The position numbers and the translations under genes were made by a program. A DNA stretch of 64,000 nt from Octopus vulgaris (taxonomy: Eukaryota): contig OX597839.1 in NCBI GenBank assembly GCA_951406725.2, forward strand, positions 25,420,001 to 25,484,000, written 5' to 3'. Below are positions 12,700-25,600 of this stretch, one piece after another (the stretch's first letter is position 1; the number at the start of each line of letters is the position of its first letter). The notes under the pieces were generated by a model that had not been told where the DNA came from, made no database searches, and saw only the letters and a program-made list of their open reading frames with translations.

Positions 12700-13117
12700 A
12701 CCTATTTCTTTACTACCCACAAGGGGCTAAACACAGAGGGGACAAACAAGGACAGACAAACGGATTAAGTCGATTATATCGACCCCAGTGCGTAGCTGGT
12801 ACTTATTTAATCGACCCCGAAAGGATGAAAGGCAAAGTCGACCTCGGCGGAATTTGAACTCAGAACGTAAAGACGGACGAAATACCCATTTCTTTACTAC
12901 CCACAAGGGGCTAAACACAGAGCGGATAAACAAGGACAGACAAACGGATTAAGTCGATCAGATCGACCCCAGTGCACAACTGGTACTTATTTAATCGACC
13001 CCGAAAGGATGAAAGGCAAAGTTGACCTCGGTGGAATTTGAACTCAGAACGTAGCGGCAGACAAAATAGCGCTAAGCATTTTGCCCGGTTTGCTAACGTT
13101 TCTGCCAGCTCATCGCC
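12700..13117 (-). repeat. Family-2 SINE dimer
   Basis: Two units joined at GAAATACCCATTTC (~12880). Confidence 0.85.
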
Positions 13118-14849
13118 TTATATTCCCTCAATACTGTACCCCCACTCGGTTGAGGGGCCTTTGTCTTGCAAGTTATTTGGTGACCCCCACTAGTGCTTTT
13201 GTGCCACTTAAAATATGCATCCAATACACTTTGTAAAATGGTTAGTTTGAAGAAGGGCATCCAGCTTTAGAAACCACACCAGAGCAGATATTGGAAGTTT
13301 GTGCAGTCTTAGGGCTTGATGGTTCTTGTGGAGCTATCTAAACCAGTCGTTACCACCAAGGGTCCTCATGAGCAATAAACTTGTTATATTTCTTCAATAC
13401 ACAAAATAATTTATCAATATATCTTTTATACAATTCCTGATAATATTTAATTATAAAAATATAATGGGATTTTTTAAAACACCAAATGACTACAAGCGAA
13501 CCCCACTCCTGAGTAAAATAGGAATCAAAGAGGTCCGTAGGCAAAAAGTGATTGAGAACTACTGATCTGACCCATGCTAGCATGGAAAACAGATGTTAAG
13601 TCTTTTGATACCAACCCAGCTGAAACCGCCTCTGGCTCTGTAGTACAAATGTCTTGTCTTCAAAAGTTTTGAATTAAAATCTTCCACCAAACCTTAGTCA
13701 CAATTTATGTTCCTAAAACTAGCTTCAATGATAACGAAGTTATTTTACTAAATTCTTTGTTATATTTAAAATTAATTGAAAGAAACACAGAGCATCTCAA
13801 CAGGAATATGATAACAAAAGGGTTAAGGCATTAACCCTTTGGAAACTGCCTCTGGCTCTGTAGTATTTGGACTTCTGTCATTAACCCCTTTTGATACCAA
13901 CCCGCCTGAAACCACTTCTGGCTCTGAAGTACAAATGTCTTGTCTTCAAAAGTTTTGAATTAAAATCTTCCACCAAACCTTAGTCACAATTTATGTTCCT
14001 AACACTAGCTTAGTGATAACGAAGCTATTTTACTAAATTCTTTCTTATATTTAAAACTAATTGAAAGAAACACAGAGCATCTCAACAGAAATATGGTAAC
14101 GAGAGGGTAAAATGGTGATAAAGATGAATATGTCAACCACTAAATACTACCAGGTAATTTTTATACACACACACACACACTAAAAGCTGAAAATATTTTT
14201 GAAAATGAAAGCGTCTATTTACTTATTCGCATTTCAGAGTCAGCTATTGTTGCTGATGTCTGCTGTTATTGTGATTGTGGCTAACAAGCAACTGATCACA
14301 GTATTGCATTTATTTATTTTTTTCTAAAGTTAATATCTAAAAATAGGTGACAAAGACTTTAAAATAACATTGCACAGATGCATCTATCACCCTCTCCTAC
14401 TGCTGTCTTTGTTCCAAATAACCACTGAAAATTTTCCACCACCCACATACGAGAAAAGTACTTCTTTGTAGAAATATTAAACTGACGCCAGTTTCAATTT
14501 GACTTTATCAGTCAACAAAATTTCCACAAATTTTATTAGTAAACCTGTTGCTTCTAATAGTGATGTGACCTACATCAAATTGTGGTACCTATTAGGTTGT
14601 CCGGAATGTTCTGAGAATTTTTAATCTAAATCTTGTAACACTTTATTGAACACACAATGTATCTTCAGTTACAGGAGAGAAAACTGACCAAGCAATACAA
14701 TTCACCTAAGTGTACTAAAGGTTAAAGTGATTTCTTTTGTGCTGTAAACCATTTACCATTTTTGTGGTGCTATGCTTCTCTCGATGCTTGAAGCACATGC
14801 TTATTTTGCTTAATGGTTAATCCGGCATGTATGTCAAAAATTATCAGTA

Positions 14850-15155
14850 ACTAGCAGTATCACCCGGCGTTGCTCAGGTTTGTAAGGGAAATAACTATAC
14901 AAGCATTTTTAGAGAGTTACTTCTCTTATATAAACCGAGCAAAAAATGCATTAAAAATGCAGAAAAATTATTGTAATTTTTTTTTAAATTGTAGACTCAT
15001 CGTAGACGCACGCTAATACCCAGAAGGGCTCGATATGAATCACGACTATAAGATACCCGCTTTTGGTTAAACTGCACCGCAAAATGTGGGAGTAGTTAGG
15101 AATCTAAATCGGAGTAGACAGACACACACACAACTTCAGTTTTATATATAAAGAT
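14850..15155 (+). mobile_element. Non-autonomous Helitron/Helentron-like element
   Basis: 5' ACTAGC followed by the CCCGGCGTTGCTCAGG hairpin; 3' (GACA/CA)n then TTTTATATATAAAGAT. Confidence 0.55.
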
Positions 15156-15166
15156 TATAAACCTAC

Positions 15167-15244
15167 CTGAATACTGTCCCATATCTGGTAGCTTAGGTAG
15201 TCTTCACTCACACTTTCTGGGTAGCCTTGGGGTAGAAATACATT
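15167..15244 (-). CDS. RUSF1: RUSF1 homolog coding exon 2
   Basis: tttcag acceptor, NVFLPQGYPESVSEDYLSYQIWDSIQ (RUS1 signature FLPxGxPxSVSxDYLxYQxWD), gtaggt donor, 78 bp. Confidence 0.95.
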
Positions 15245-15689
15245 CTGAAATAAGAGAGAAGGTTTAAAGTTTATCTTAGGAGGGTCATTACACCAATAGT
15301 AAATACATGTAATGGTTCAATTTCACTTCTTTACCGTGAGCCAATTAGTCACGTATTTAACCAGCCAACAAAGCAGTTGGTTGTTAGATCAGTCAGTTAA
15401 TCAAACAATCTGTTGTTTCTTGAAGTCCTTTCATTTATATTCAAGAGTTCATCAATGATCTATCTACTCTCTTCCATGTCTGTTTAAAGTTTAATATGTG
15501 TGTGTGAGTATAGAGAGACAGACAGACAGACAGGGAAATAGATAGATAGATAGATTTATTATCTGTTTGGGATTGATTGTGACAAATTGTTTACTTTGAG
15601 ATTTGCTTGTCTTCATTAACATACCACCGAGTGAGTAATTTAAATTTCAAACAAAAAATTAGCTAAAATACCAAGAGATGAATATATAT

Positions 15690-16013
15690 ATATATTATTA
15701 CAGAGATGTACTTGCATAGCGAGTGACTTGATCTGAGATCGTGTGCTGGAATGAAAACAATTGCAGCGTGGAAGGTGTTTATAAGCCATTTAAGAAACAC
15801 ACAAAAGCCGTTCGATTCACTTCAACATTTAAATTTAATTTGTCAAAATATTTTCGGCGCTTTGAGACCGTGACCTGTTCACTGACAAAATTCTGTGCTG
15901 CATCACGGAATTTTGTCAGTGAACAGGTCATGGTCTCAAAGCGATGAAAATATTTTGATAAATTAAATTTAAATGTTGAAGTGAATCGAACGGCTTTTGT
16001 GTGTTTCTTAAAT
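15690..16013. repeat. Asymmetric fold-back element
   Basis: Arms ~15788-15897 / 15904-16013; same family at 34311-34550. Confidence 0.85.
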
Positions 16014-16022
16014 ATATATATA

Positions 16023-16402
16023 TAGGCGCAGGAGTGGCTGTGTGGTAAGTAACTTGCTAACCAACCACATGGTTCCGGGTTCAGTCCCACTGCGTGGCAT
16101 CTTGGGCTGACCAATGCCTTGTGAGTGGATTTGGTAGACGGAAACTGAAAGAAGCCTGTCGTATATATGTATATATATGTATGTGCGTGTATGTTTGTGT
16201 GTCTGTGTTTGTCCCCCTAGCATTGTTTGACAACTGATGCTGTTGTGTTTACATCCCCGTCACTTAGTGGTTCGGCAAAAGAGACCGATAGAATAAGTAC
16301 TGGGCTTACAAAGAATAAGTCCCTGGGTCGATTTGCTCAACTAAAGGCGGTGCTCCAGCATGGCCGCAGTCAAATGACTGAATCAAGTAAAAAGAGAAAG
16401 AG
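16023..16402 (+). mobile_element. Family-1 SINE
   Basis: Match to the family-1 consensus with a small internal deletion. Confidence 0.85.
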
Positions 16403-16796
16403 TATATGACAACAAAAGAATGAGACCTCAATATTTGTAGAAATAGAGGATCATTTTATATGTTAATAAATTAGAGCAAACAGTAAACAATTATCATTAT
16501 AGTACTCAAGGGTTCAAATGTTGGAGCGAAGAGTTACAACTCATGCTCGTCGGCTATTAATGGCAACAGACACTATGGAAAAAAAAGAAACCATTAAATA
16601 TAAGGGAAGTTACTCTAATTGATGGAAAAGGAAAAAAGAAAAAATATATTTAAAAAATATACAAAAATAAAAACACAACCATATTCTCACAAAAAATATA
16701 CGTAGACATAAACCCCCTGCGTTTACAACGTCTACATACACAAACATGTATACACACATACACATATATGTATGTACTCATACATACCCGCACACG

Positions 16797-16828
<32 letters not shown>

Positions 16829-17276
16829 AAAAAACAATACTGAATTTTTGTTCCGAATAGGCAAATTGTTACCGAAATGCATTGCGAATAAGCCCGCCAT
16901 TTTCATAGATATGTAAAGATAAACATTCGTACATGCTACGACGAATTCTACGGTTGGCTGTCGGGTATGCTATATTGTGTTTTTTCCTTACATGTCTTGA
17001 GTTCGTTGCACTGAAGAGCATAGAATGCATATTCTGCATTGATTGTGAAATCACAGGTGATATGTAACTAAATTCTGTTTTTAAATGACTTGCTTTGAAG
17101 TTTTGCATTCGGTACAATTTGTTTATTTTAGTAGTTTTGACTGCAAGAGTCCCTCCTAGCGTGCAGTACCTATGAATAATAGTACCCTCTATATAATATA
17201 TAATATAAATATATATATATATATGTATGTATGTACCCAACCTCATCCTCATATACACGTAAGTGCTTACATGCAC

Positions 17277-18170
17277 ACAGTTACCTCCCAACATAATGGT
17301 CACACATTGCTTTGAGACTTTGTAGCCTGGAATTGTTTTCTCCTTAGAAATGAATGAACTGTCTGGCAATTTTTTCCAATACAATCCAGTTTCGTCTACG
17401 TTAAAAATCTGTTTAGGAAGAAACCCATTTTCTTCAATGATTTTCTGTAATGCATCAGGAAATTCCACTGCTGCTTGTTCGTCAGCTGATGCACTTTCAT
17501 CTTGCTTCTTAACTCTTTAGTGTTCAGATTATTCTGTCAAATGTGATGTTTGTTTCTTTAAAATGGTTTGAATTAATCCTGGATTATCTTGTAGTTTAGA
17601 GATTTCAGTGATGTGATTTTTTAGTTTTAGAATGACATGGTAGGGCTGAGGTGAGAGGCAAGATCTGGTCAGTTTCAATATAAAACAGGTTAAATATTTT
17701 GGCCGGATATGGCCGGGTTGAATGCTAAAGGGTTAATGGAGTGATAACTTCTTCATTCCTTAAATCTCACGAACCATCCTTGACTTGCTTTGAACTCTAT
17801 ATCTTATCTAGATAGTTTCCCTTCAGGTCCTCAAACAAAGACAACGCTTCCTCTTGAATGATTTCTTGACTAATAGTAGCACGCTGATGATTCAATCTAC
17901 CAATCCAAAGAAAAAGAAGACTTTCCATTTCTTCAAAGATTTTACCTCTTATTGATGAGCGTTCTTCTTCATCCCTGGGTCTTCAGATTTGACATGTGCT
18001 AAAATCTTATTATCTACACTCGTCAATACAGTTGTCTGATTCATCCCAAAAGATTGTGCAATTGCTACCACTTTTTCACCTTTTTCATGGCGTTTTATCA
18101 TAGCCAGTTTATCTTCTAGCGTTATATCATAACGCTTAGCACTTTCACTATGAATTTTCTTAGGAGATAT
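17277..18170 (-). mobile_element. Tigger/pogo-type transposase relic
   Basis: CENP-B-like HTH (ITLEDKLAMIKRHEKGE), FKASQGWF, IFNVDETGLYWKKLP; stops, frameshifts and a MITE insertion at ~17511-17736. Confidence 0.85.
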
Positions 18171-18230
18171 ATGGGCGGAAAATAAAATCACAAATGAATA
18201 ATGAATGAGAAAGGGAAAGTGGCCAATAAA

Positions 18231-18627
18231 CGCAGGAGTGGCTGTGTGGTAAGTAGCTTGCTAACCAACCACATGGTTCCGGGTTCAGTCCCACTGCGTG
18301 GCATCTTGGGCAAGTGTCTTCTGCTATAGCCCCGGGCCGACCAATGCCTTGCGAGTGGATTTGGTAGACGGAAACTGAAAGAAGCCCGTCGTATATATGT
18401 ATGTATGTATGTGTGTGTATATGTTTGTGTGTCTGTGTTTGTCCTCTTAGCATTGCTTGACAACCAATGCTGGTGTGTTTACGTCCCCGTAACTTAGCGG
18501 TTCGGCAAAAGAGACCGACAGAATAAGTACTGGGCTTACAAAGAATAAGTCCCGGGGTCGATTTGCTCGACTAAAGGCGGTGCTCCAGCATGGCCGCAGT
18601 CAAATGACTGAAACAAGTAAAAGAGTA
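18231..18627 (+). mobile_element. Family-1 SINE
   Basis: Match to the family-1 consensus. Confidence 0.88.
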
Positions 18628-18939
18628 GACAGACATGAACAGATCTGAATTCAAAACAATTGCAGAAATCACAAGTGACAACGATGCCTAACGGTAGATA
18701 TTGGAACTACAGTGCAATATGAGCTCTGAAAGACTGATAAATAAAACACAGCTGATTTCATGATTTCGTTCACTAAGCTACCCTACTTTATGGTGTGTAT
18801 CTTAACATTTACTGTACATATTTTAATATGATTTTCTTTGCTGTATGAATAAACGAGTCTATCTGAAGCACGTTTACTTCATGGCACCACCATAATTGTT
18901 CGTGCATTTCTACTGCTTTTAGTTTTGTTTTTTTTTCCT

Positions 18940-19366
18940 CTTTTTCAGCTAATATTTTCGGAAAGACTTTTTTGCCCCCTCCCCCTACAATTTCTTCATT
19001 TTTCATTTTTTTCCGTAACTCTAACCCTAGCCCCAACTCTAAAACCCTAACCCTCAAAGTTAAAACCAGTTCAAACGCACGAACGATGTCATAAACAACA
19101 GTGACAAACGAAATTTATACCGCCAGAAGTTGTTGTTGACAAACAACAGCAGTAATTTTATTCAGCTGAATACACGTCATTGATTGGTTGAAATGACCGA
19201 AATACGACAACTTTAACACGAAATAACTTTGAACATATAAACTTTTCTGAACAACACTAAGAGTAAAAGATGTTTTATATGACACGTTCTACCAGTGACC
19301 CAAGTTTGGAAGTGTTTAGTTACAAAAAATTAATTTCTCGATCTGCCGTTCAAAGGATAAAGATCC
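18940..19366. mobile_element. Partial MITE related to the 38.4 kb element
   Basis: Ends in GCCGTTCAAAGGATAAAGATCC (same TIR end) and has internal CCCTAA-like repeats; left TIR not seen. Confidence 0.55.
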
Positions 19367-19387
19367 ACATACATATATATATATACA

Positions 19388-19418
<31 letters not shown>

Positions 19419-19777
19419 TAGGGATGGTATTATTAAAATACCATCACAAGTAGTAGTAAGCGAATTATTAGCCGTACAGGCAAATTAATAATACATATAT
19501 ATATATGTATGTATATATATAAAGTATATATATGTATGTATGTATATAAAGTATATATATATGTATGTATGTATATATATATATATAAAGTATATATATA
19601 TATATGTATGTATATATAAAGTATATATGTATGTATGTATATATATATATGTATATATACATAAATATATATATAAAGTAACATTCATCGTATTTTATTT
19701 ATCTCTCTCTATATATATAAATTTGAGCATACACACACACAGAGATATACAAATAGATAGATAGATAAGGGACGATG

Positions 19778-19817
<40 letters not shown>

Positions 19818-19826
19818 GGATAGATG

Positions 19827-19861
<35 letters not shown>

Positions 19862-19862
19862 G
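19367..19862. repeat. (TA)n/(TATG)n and (GATA)n microsatellites in RUSF1 intron 1
   Basis: Direct inspection. Confidence 0.95.
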
Positions 19863-19914
19863 TGTATTTCAGTTGACTAAGCGAACAATAAATTTAAAAT
19901 CACCAAAAACTCAC

Positions 19915-20040
19915 AAAGAAAAATTGTCTAATCGAATTTGTTCCCCGGCTGGCACTTCTAACTTCAAGTTTAGGTTTTCCTGAAGGGTGGTATTCCCTCT
20001 TGATGGCACAGCACCCAAAATTCTCCTTACAAAGTGCCAT
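19915..20040 (-). CDS. RUSF1: RUS1 family protein (C16orf58/RUSF1 homolog), coding exon 1
   Basis: ATG at 20040; reads MALCKENFGCCAIKREYHPSGKPKLEVRSASRGTNSIRQFFF (126 bp); GTGAGT donor; phase 0 into the NVFLPQG exon; LCKENFG resembles LCSEQFG of human RUSF1. Confidence 0.8.
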
Positions 20041-20202
20041 TCTTAAAGATCAGCGAACTGAAGTGAAATTCACGGATGCCTGTGGTAAAAAGTAGAAATT
20101 GAAAACACGACGCGTCGTCACCAGTTGTTTTGAAGATTAGAGAGAGAAAGAGGGGGCTGATGTGTATATACGTGCGAACGGACAAACATATGTCGCGTAC
20201 AC

Positions 20203-20240
<38 letters not shown>

Positions 20241-20710
20241 TTTCTCTATTTTTAAGCTAAAGTAAACAGGATGTGAAATGGTTTCGAGATGTAAAACAAA
20301 AAAGAAGACATTGATATAATGATCGGATTTATTCGGGTAAGTGTGTGACAGCAGTTTTCCGTGTTCGTGGATTAATAAAGAAGAATTGCTGCAAGTCCAT
20401 TAGTATTTACATAAACCGAACCTTGAACGACGCTCTGGCACACTCGGAGCGTGTATGTAGGCTTTGGTCAAACGGGAAACGTGACGATGACCCTTTATTT
20501 TGGCCAAAGAAGGAAAAAATTAGGGAAAATAGCTGGGTAATGTTTTACACTAAAATAATAATAGGTGTCATTATTTAGCGTTACACCGTTAGTGAGGGGA
20601 GGCTAAACTCGAGTGAGACTAAATGCAGTGATTTGATTGGTTGATTCGTCTTTTCCAACAAATTTAAACTTTGAGTTCGACTCAAAAACCCAGAAATTGT
20701 CCGGTAAGCT
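20041..20710. promoter_or_regulatory. Putative bidirectional promoter / 5' region shared by RUSF1 (-) and the Tantalus-domain gene (+)
   Basis: TE-free, relatively CpG-rich segment upstream of the RUSF1 ATG; (CT)n tract at ~20205-20238; plus-strand donors G|GTAAGT at 20337 and G|GTAAGC at 20704 are candidate ends of non-coding first exons. Confidence 0.55.
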
Positions 20711-21042
20711 GACAAGAAAATGTTGTTATTCTGTTTCTTATTTTGATTTAGTCGCTATTTTATATCCTCGATTTGTCTTCTGGAAGCGGCAATGCAGTAG
20801 GTTCGTCTTAAATGTTTTCTTTTCGAAATAACTTTTAATTTTCTCTTTCATAATTCCTGTATTTTTAGAATCAGTTCTGCCTTTCTCTCCACACAAGACT
20901 CCAAGAATATTTATTTATCCATTATATGTATTTTTAAACACTTGACAGTTAGTGTCTATTGAAATTAATTTCGTTCTGTGATTACAAATCGAAAGAATTC
21001 CTGTTTAGTTTATCAGCAACGATCTACCAATGTTTTCCCCCG

Positions 21043-21124
21043 AAGAATGGCACTTTGTAAGGAAAATTTTGGGTGCTCTGCCATCAAGAGGGAATACCAC
21101 CCTACAGGAAAACCCAAATCGTAG
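21043..21124 (+). pseudogene. Inverted partial duplicate of RUSF1 exon 1
   Basis: 21043-21118 is the reverse complement of 19969-20044 with 4 mismatches in 76 bp; reads MALCKENFGCSAIKREYHPTGKPKS*. Confidence 0.9.
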
Positions 21125-23204
21125 GCAATCTCTATGATGCATCTAACGAAAAATTACCTTCAATTTTATTTTAGTGGTGCTGCCCTCCTGGTAATGAGCC
21201 ATGTCCCATTGCGGCTCGCTTTCCCCAAAAGTTGCTCATGTCTGCTCTACATAAATCGCTCAAACGACTGAAAATATCAGCTCGCTTTTATTAAAACTAC
21301 ATCGTGTCAAACTCGAAGAACGATGCATTAAACGATGTAACTTTTGATGTACTAAACTATACAATATAATGAAATTGTTGTATACAATGCTCAGGTGCAC
21401 CATGACTTTCGTTATAGGTCTACTCCATCAGCGCTGAGCAACAGTTTGTACAAATTTATTGAAGAGAACTGTGACCTGGTGTTTCGATTTGCAAGAAACA
21501 GTAGCCAGTAACCCCTTAAATTCATTACACGACCTTAGCCTCATCGAATAGCAAAACGCATAGTATAATGTAGTCTCGATTTCACTTCAGTCGAGACAAT
21601 CACGGCTGGAACGTCATAATCATATGTGTGTTTAAACACTGACTATTTACTCGATCCAGTTTTTCTTGTACGATGCCAAAAAAACATTAAATATTCGTCA
21701 CTGCCTTAAGAGTTAGTTTAATATTTCAAATTTTTGCCATAAGGTCAGCTTGGGGGAGGTGGGCATGGGTCGATTGTTAATTATTTTATTGACATGCGCT
21801 CTGATGATGTAAATAATAATAATATAGAAAAACAACAACAACAAAAAAACCTTTGAGGAATATTCCATCCGTTCTCTCCTGGAATTTGTTAAATGACTAT
21901 TTTTTAAAATAAAATGAAAATTTTCAGAGATACCTGTAACTTAGCAGTTCAATAAAAGAGATTGATAGAATTAGTACTAAGCTTTAAAAAAATAAGTTCT
22001 GGGATCGATTTGTTTGCCTAAAACCGTTGAAGTTATTGCACCAGCATGGCTGCATTCCTATGACTGAAACAGCATTACCTTTTACCTTTTACTGGTTTCA
22101 GTCATTGGACTGCAGCCATGCTGGTGCACTCGCTTGAAGGGTTTTAGTTGAACAAACCAACCCCCTATAATTATAATTTTTTTTAAAGTCTGGTACTTAT
22201 TCTATTGGTCTCCTTTACTGAACTGCTAAGTTATGGGGGATGTAAACACACCAACACCTGTTGTCAAACGGTGATGGGGACAAACAAGGACACATACAGC
22301 AGATTTCTTACAGTTTCTGTCTACCAGATCCACTCATAAGGCTGTAACAAAAGATACTTGCTCAAGGTATCATGCAATATGACTGAACTGACAGCCATGT
22401 GGTTGGGAAGCAAACTTCTTGCCATCCAACCAAAATAAATAATAAATGACCGGTGGTGAATTTGATGGTGTATCTTTGTGGTACCAGTGCCGGTGGCACA
22501 TAAGAAAGCCATCCGAACGTGGCCGTAGCCAGTACCGCATCGACTGGCCTCCGTGCTGTGGGCACGTAACAAATACCAGCCGATCGTGGCCGTTCGCCAG
22601 CCTCGTCTGGCACCTGTGTCGGTGGCACATAAAATACACCATCCGAGCGTGGCCGTCTGCCAGCCTCGTCTGGCACATGTGTCGGTGGCACATAAAAAAC
22701 ACCATCCGAGCGTGGCCGTTCGCCAGCCTCGTCTGGCACCTGTGTCGGTGGCACATAAAATCACCCACTACACTCTCGGAGTGGTTGGCGTTAGGAAGGG
22801 CATCCAGCTGTAGAAACACTGCCAGATAAGACTGGAGCCTGGTGCAGCCTTCGGGCTTCCCAGACCCCAGTTGAACCGTCCAACCCATGCTAGCATGGAA
22901 AGCGGACGTTAAACGATGATGATGATGATGATGATGGTGTATCCAGCAGTGAAAACCCTGCCAAAACTGACCTCCCCTGTGCTGGTGCCATGTGAAAAGT
23001 ACTTAGTCCAATTTGTAGGGTGGTTGGTGTTAGGAAGGGCATCCAGCCGTAAAAACCATGACGACACAGACACAGTAACCTGGTGTAGTCTCTTACCTGG
23101 TTGGCTCCTGTCGAACTGCCCGACCCATGCCAGCATGGAAGGCGGATGTTGTTGATGATGATGATGTTAAAGACCTGGAAATTTTCATTTTCCAAAAAAA
23201 TGTA

Positions 23205-23728
23205 CCGTAAATCCTCGACTATAGTCCGCTCTTGAGTATAATCCGCAGGGGATTTTTAGGGGGCTGTACCTCTGAAAAACCTAAACCTTATGTATAATAC
23301 GCATCCCTTCTCTAAAACTTGAGTTGTGCATAATTAAGCCAGCAGCACCTATTCGAACAAACACTTCCGCGCATGCGTAATACAATAATGGTGATGTTCT
23401 TAACTGTTATATGAGAATGTAAATATGTTTGCAAATTGTTTTTGTTACATGTTATTCTGTGTTCTGAATACTTTTATTTTAATAAATGTTGCTTACTGCA
23501 AGTTATGGATGATTCTTTTATGGCTTCATTGCTTTCAGGCTTAGCTTAAGGTATTTTCGCGCCCGACATCACAAAATGTGTCTGAATAAACATTGCCGGA
23601 GAGCAAATAGAGACTTGGACATTGCTTTGAAAATATTTTTCATTTTTAACCTCGTGTATAGTATGCACTAAGGATTTTGACCTTCAAATTTTGGGAAAAA
23701 AATATGGATTATACTCGAAGATTTATGG
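23205..23728. mobile_element. Non-autonomous Tc1/mariner-pogo-type MITE
   Basis: TIRs CCGTAAATCCTCGACTATAGTCC / GGATTATACTCGAAGATTTATGG, TA on both flanks. Confidence 0.75.
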
Positions 23729-24094
23729 TATTCATTTAACATATTCTAGAAGGGAAAGGATGGAATTGTCCTCAAAAGTAATTTTTTCTTAACATAATCA
23801 TAATCTACATTATCAAAAGATATGAGGAAACAAAGTTGAGGCCTGTGAATTATCCAACAGTCCTCTCTGTCTGCTCTCCGAAAAATCTTTTGCACAACAA
23901 ATTGTGAAGGCGTGTGTCCTAGGTGTTAGGTTATAAATCAATTTGTTATGGTAAAGATGAGGTTTGCTTGCAAACAAACAAAAAGTTGATTGCCCAACAT
24001 GGTTTCCATATCAGATTAGTTTGCAGGCAATTGAGCAGTTCACTCTTTTGATTCATGTCTGTCCTTAATCTCTCTCTATTTATTTCTTTATTAT

Positions 24095-24472
24095 TGGCAC
24101 ATAAAAAACACCATCCAAGTGTGGCCGTTCGCCAGCCTCGTCTGGCACCTGTGTCGGTGGCACATAAAAAACACCATCCGAGTGTGGCCGTCTGCCAGCC
24201 TCGTCTGGCACCTGTGTCGGTGGCACATAAAAAACACCATCCGAGCGTGGCCGTCTGCCAGCCTCGTCTGGCACCTGTGTCGGTGGCACATAAAAAACAC
24301 CATCCAAGTGTGGCCGTTCGCCAGCCTCGTCTGGCACCTGTGTCGGTGGCACATAAAAAACACCATCCGAGCGTGGCCGTCTGCCAGCCTCGTCTGGCAC
24401 CTGTGTCGGTGGCACATAAAAAACACCATCCGAGCGTGGCCGTCTGCCAGCCTTGTCTGGCACCTGTGTCGG
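24095..24472 (+). repeat. Minisatellite, 6 x 63 bp, within an RTE 3'UTR copy (element extends to ~24645)
   Basis: Unit TGGCACATAAAAAACACCATCCGAGCGTGGCCGTCTGCCAGCCTCGTCTGGCACCTGTGTCGG starting at 24095, 24158, 24221, 24284, 24347, 24410. Confidence 0.95.
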
Positions 24473-25059
24473 TGGCACATAAAATCACCCACTACACTCT
24501 CGGAGTGGTTGGCGTTAGGAAGGGCATCCAGCTGTAGAAACACTGCCAGATCTGATTGGCCTGGTGCAGCCTTCCGGCTTCCCAGACCCCAGTTGAACCG
24601 TCCAACCCATGCTAGTATGGAAAGCGGACGTTAAACGATGATGATCATCATCATCATTAAAAGGCGGCAAGCTGGCAGAATTGTTAGCACACCAGACAAA
24701 GGGCTTAGTGACATTTCATTCATCCTTATGTTCTGAGTTCAAATTCCACCAAGGTTGACTTCACCTTTCATCCTTTTGAGGTGGATAAATTAAGTACCAG
24801 TGAAAATCTGGGGTCGGTGTAATCGACTTCAGACCTTGTGCCTATACTAGAAAGGATTATTATTATTATTGTTGTTGTTATTATTATGAAGGTGGCAAGC
24901 TTACAGGAACATTAGTGTGCTGGATGGATTCCACCAAGGTTGACTTTGCCTTTCATCCTTTCAGGGTCTATAAATTAAGTACCAGTTACGCACTGGGGTA
25001 AATGTAATCAACTAGTCCCCTCCCCAAAAATTGCTGCCCTTGTGACAAAATTTGAAACC

Positions 25060-25093
<34 letters not shown>

Positions 25094-25186
25094 GTATTAG
25101 TATTAGTATTAGTATTATTATTATTATTATTAGTATTAGTATTATTATTGTTATTATTATTATTTTTACTTTATAAAGCTGTCAAG

Positions 25187-25600
25187 ATGGATGGTTCAAA
25201 CCCAAATAGAAGGAGCAACACAAAGTCCCGTCGGCGATCTTTGAGAACCCTTCAGCTATCAGACAGCAGTGTGAATCAATCTCCAAGTGATGCTTTGCCC
25301 CAGAACTATGGCTCAGTATGGATTAACTACGACGCCCCATCGCCAAATCCCAAATGCAGTCGCCGGAGTATTTCCAGAAGATCTATCTGTGATTCTTTTG
25401 CTCAGAGCAACAACAGCATTAGTTGTCCGGGCAAAGAAAATGTTTATGTGAACGGCGCATCTGTGCAGTGCACAGCCTCTCCTGCAACGTCAAGTTGCAA
25501 CACAGCAATTTCCAATCGCTCTGAGACTGGTTCCATCAATATTGGAAGTATTGGCAACTCTGAATGCAGAAGCTTCTGTTCCACAAGAATGCCTCATTAA
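25187..25600 (+). CDS. N-terminal ORF segment of the PRR14/Tantalus-like gene (before the apparent frameshift)
   Basis: Acceptor ttttactttataaag at 25178, ATG at 25187; Ser/Arg-rich MDGSNPNRRSNTKSRRRSLRTLQ...; overlaps the next long ORF in another frame. Confidence 0.55.
   Translation: MDGSNPNRRSNTKSRRRSLRTLQLSDSSVNQSPSDALPQNYGSVWINYDAPSPNPKCSRRSISRRSICDSFAQSNNSISCPGKENVYVNGASVQCTASPATSSCNTAISNRSETGSINIGSIGNSECRSFCSTRMPH

Noticed and set aside
24095-24472. CRISPR-like regular repeat and 21-aa repeat ORFs
   Set aside because: Units are near-identical end to end with no unique spacers; eukaryotic context; ORFs are open in several frames only because 63 is a multiple of 3
25052-25186. Poly-Leu/Val 'signal peptide' at the start of the 182-aa ORF
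   Set aside because: Translation of an intronic (ATT/AGT)n microsatellite upstream of the acceptor at 25178
25548-25569. 22-nt GT...AG segment whose removal would repair the frameshift
   Set aside because: Far below the normal metazoan spliceosomal intron size, with no branch point or pyrimidine tract
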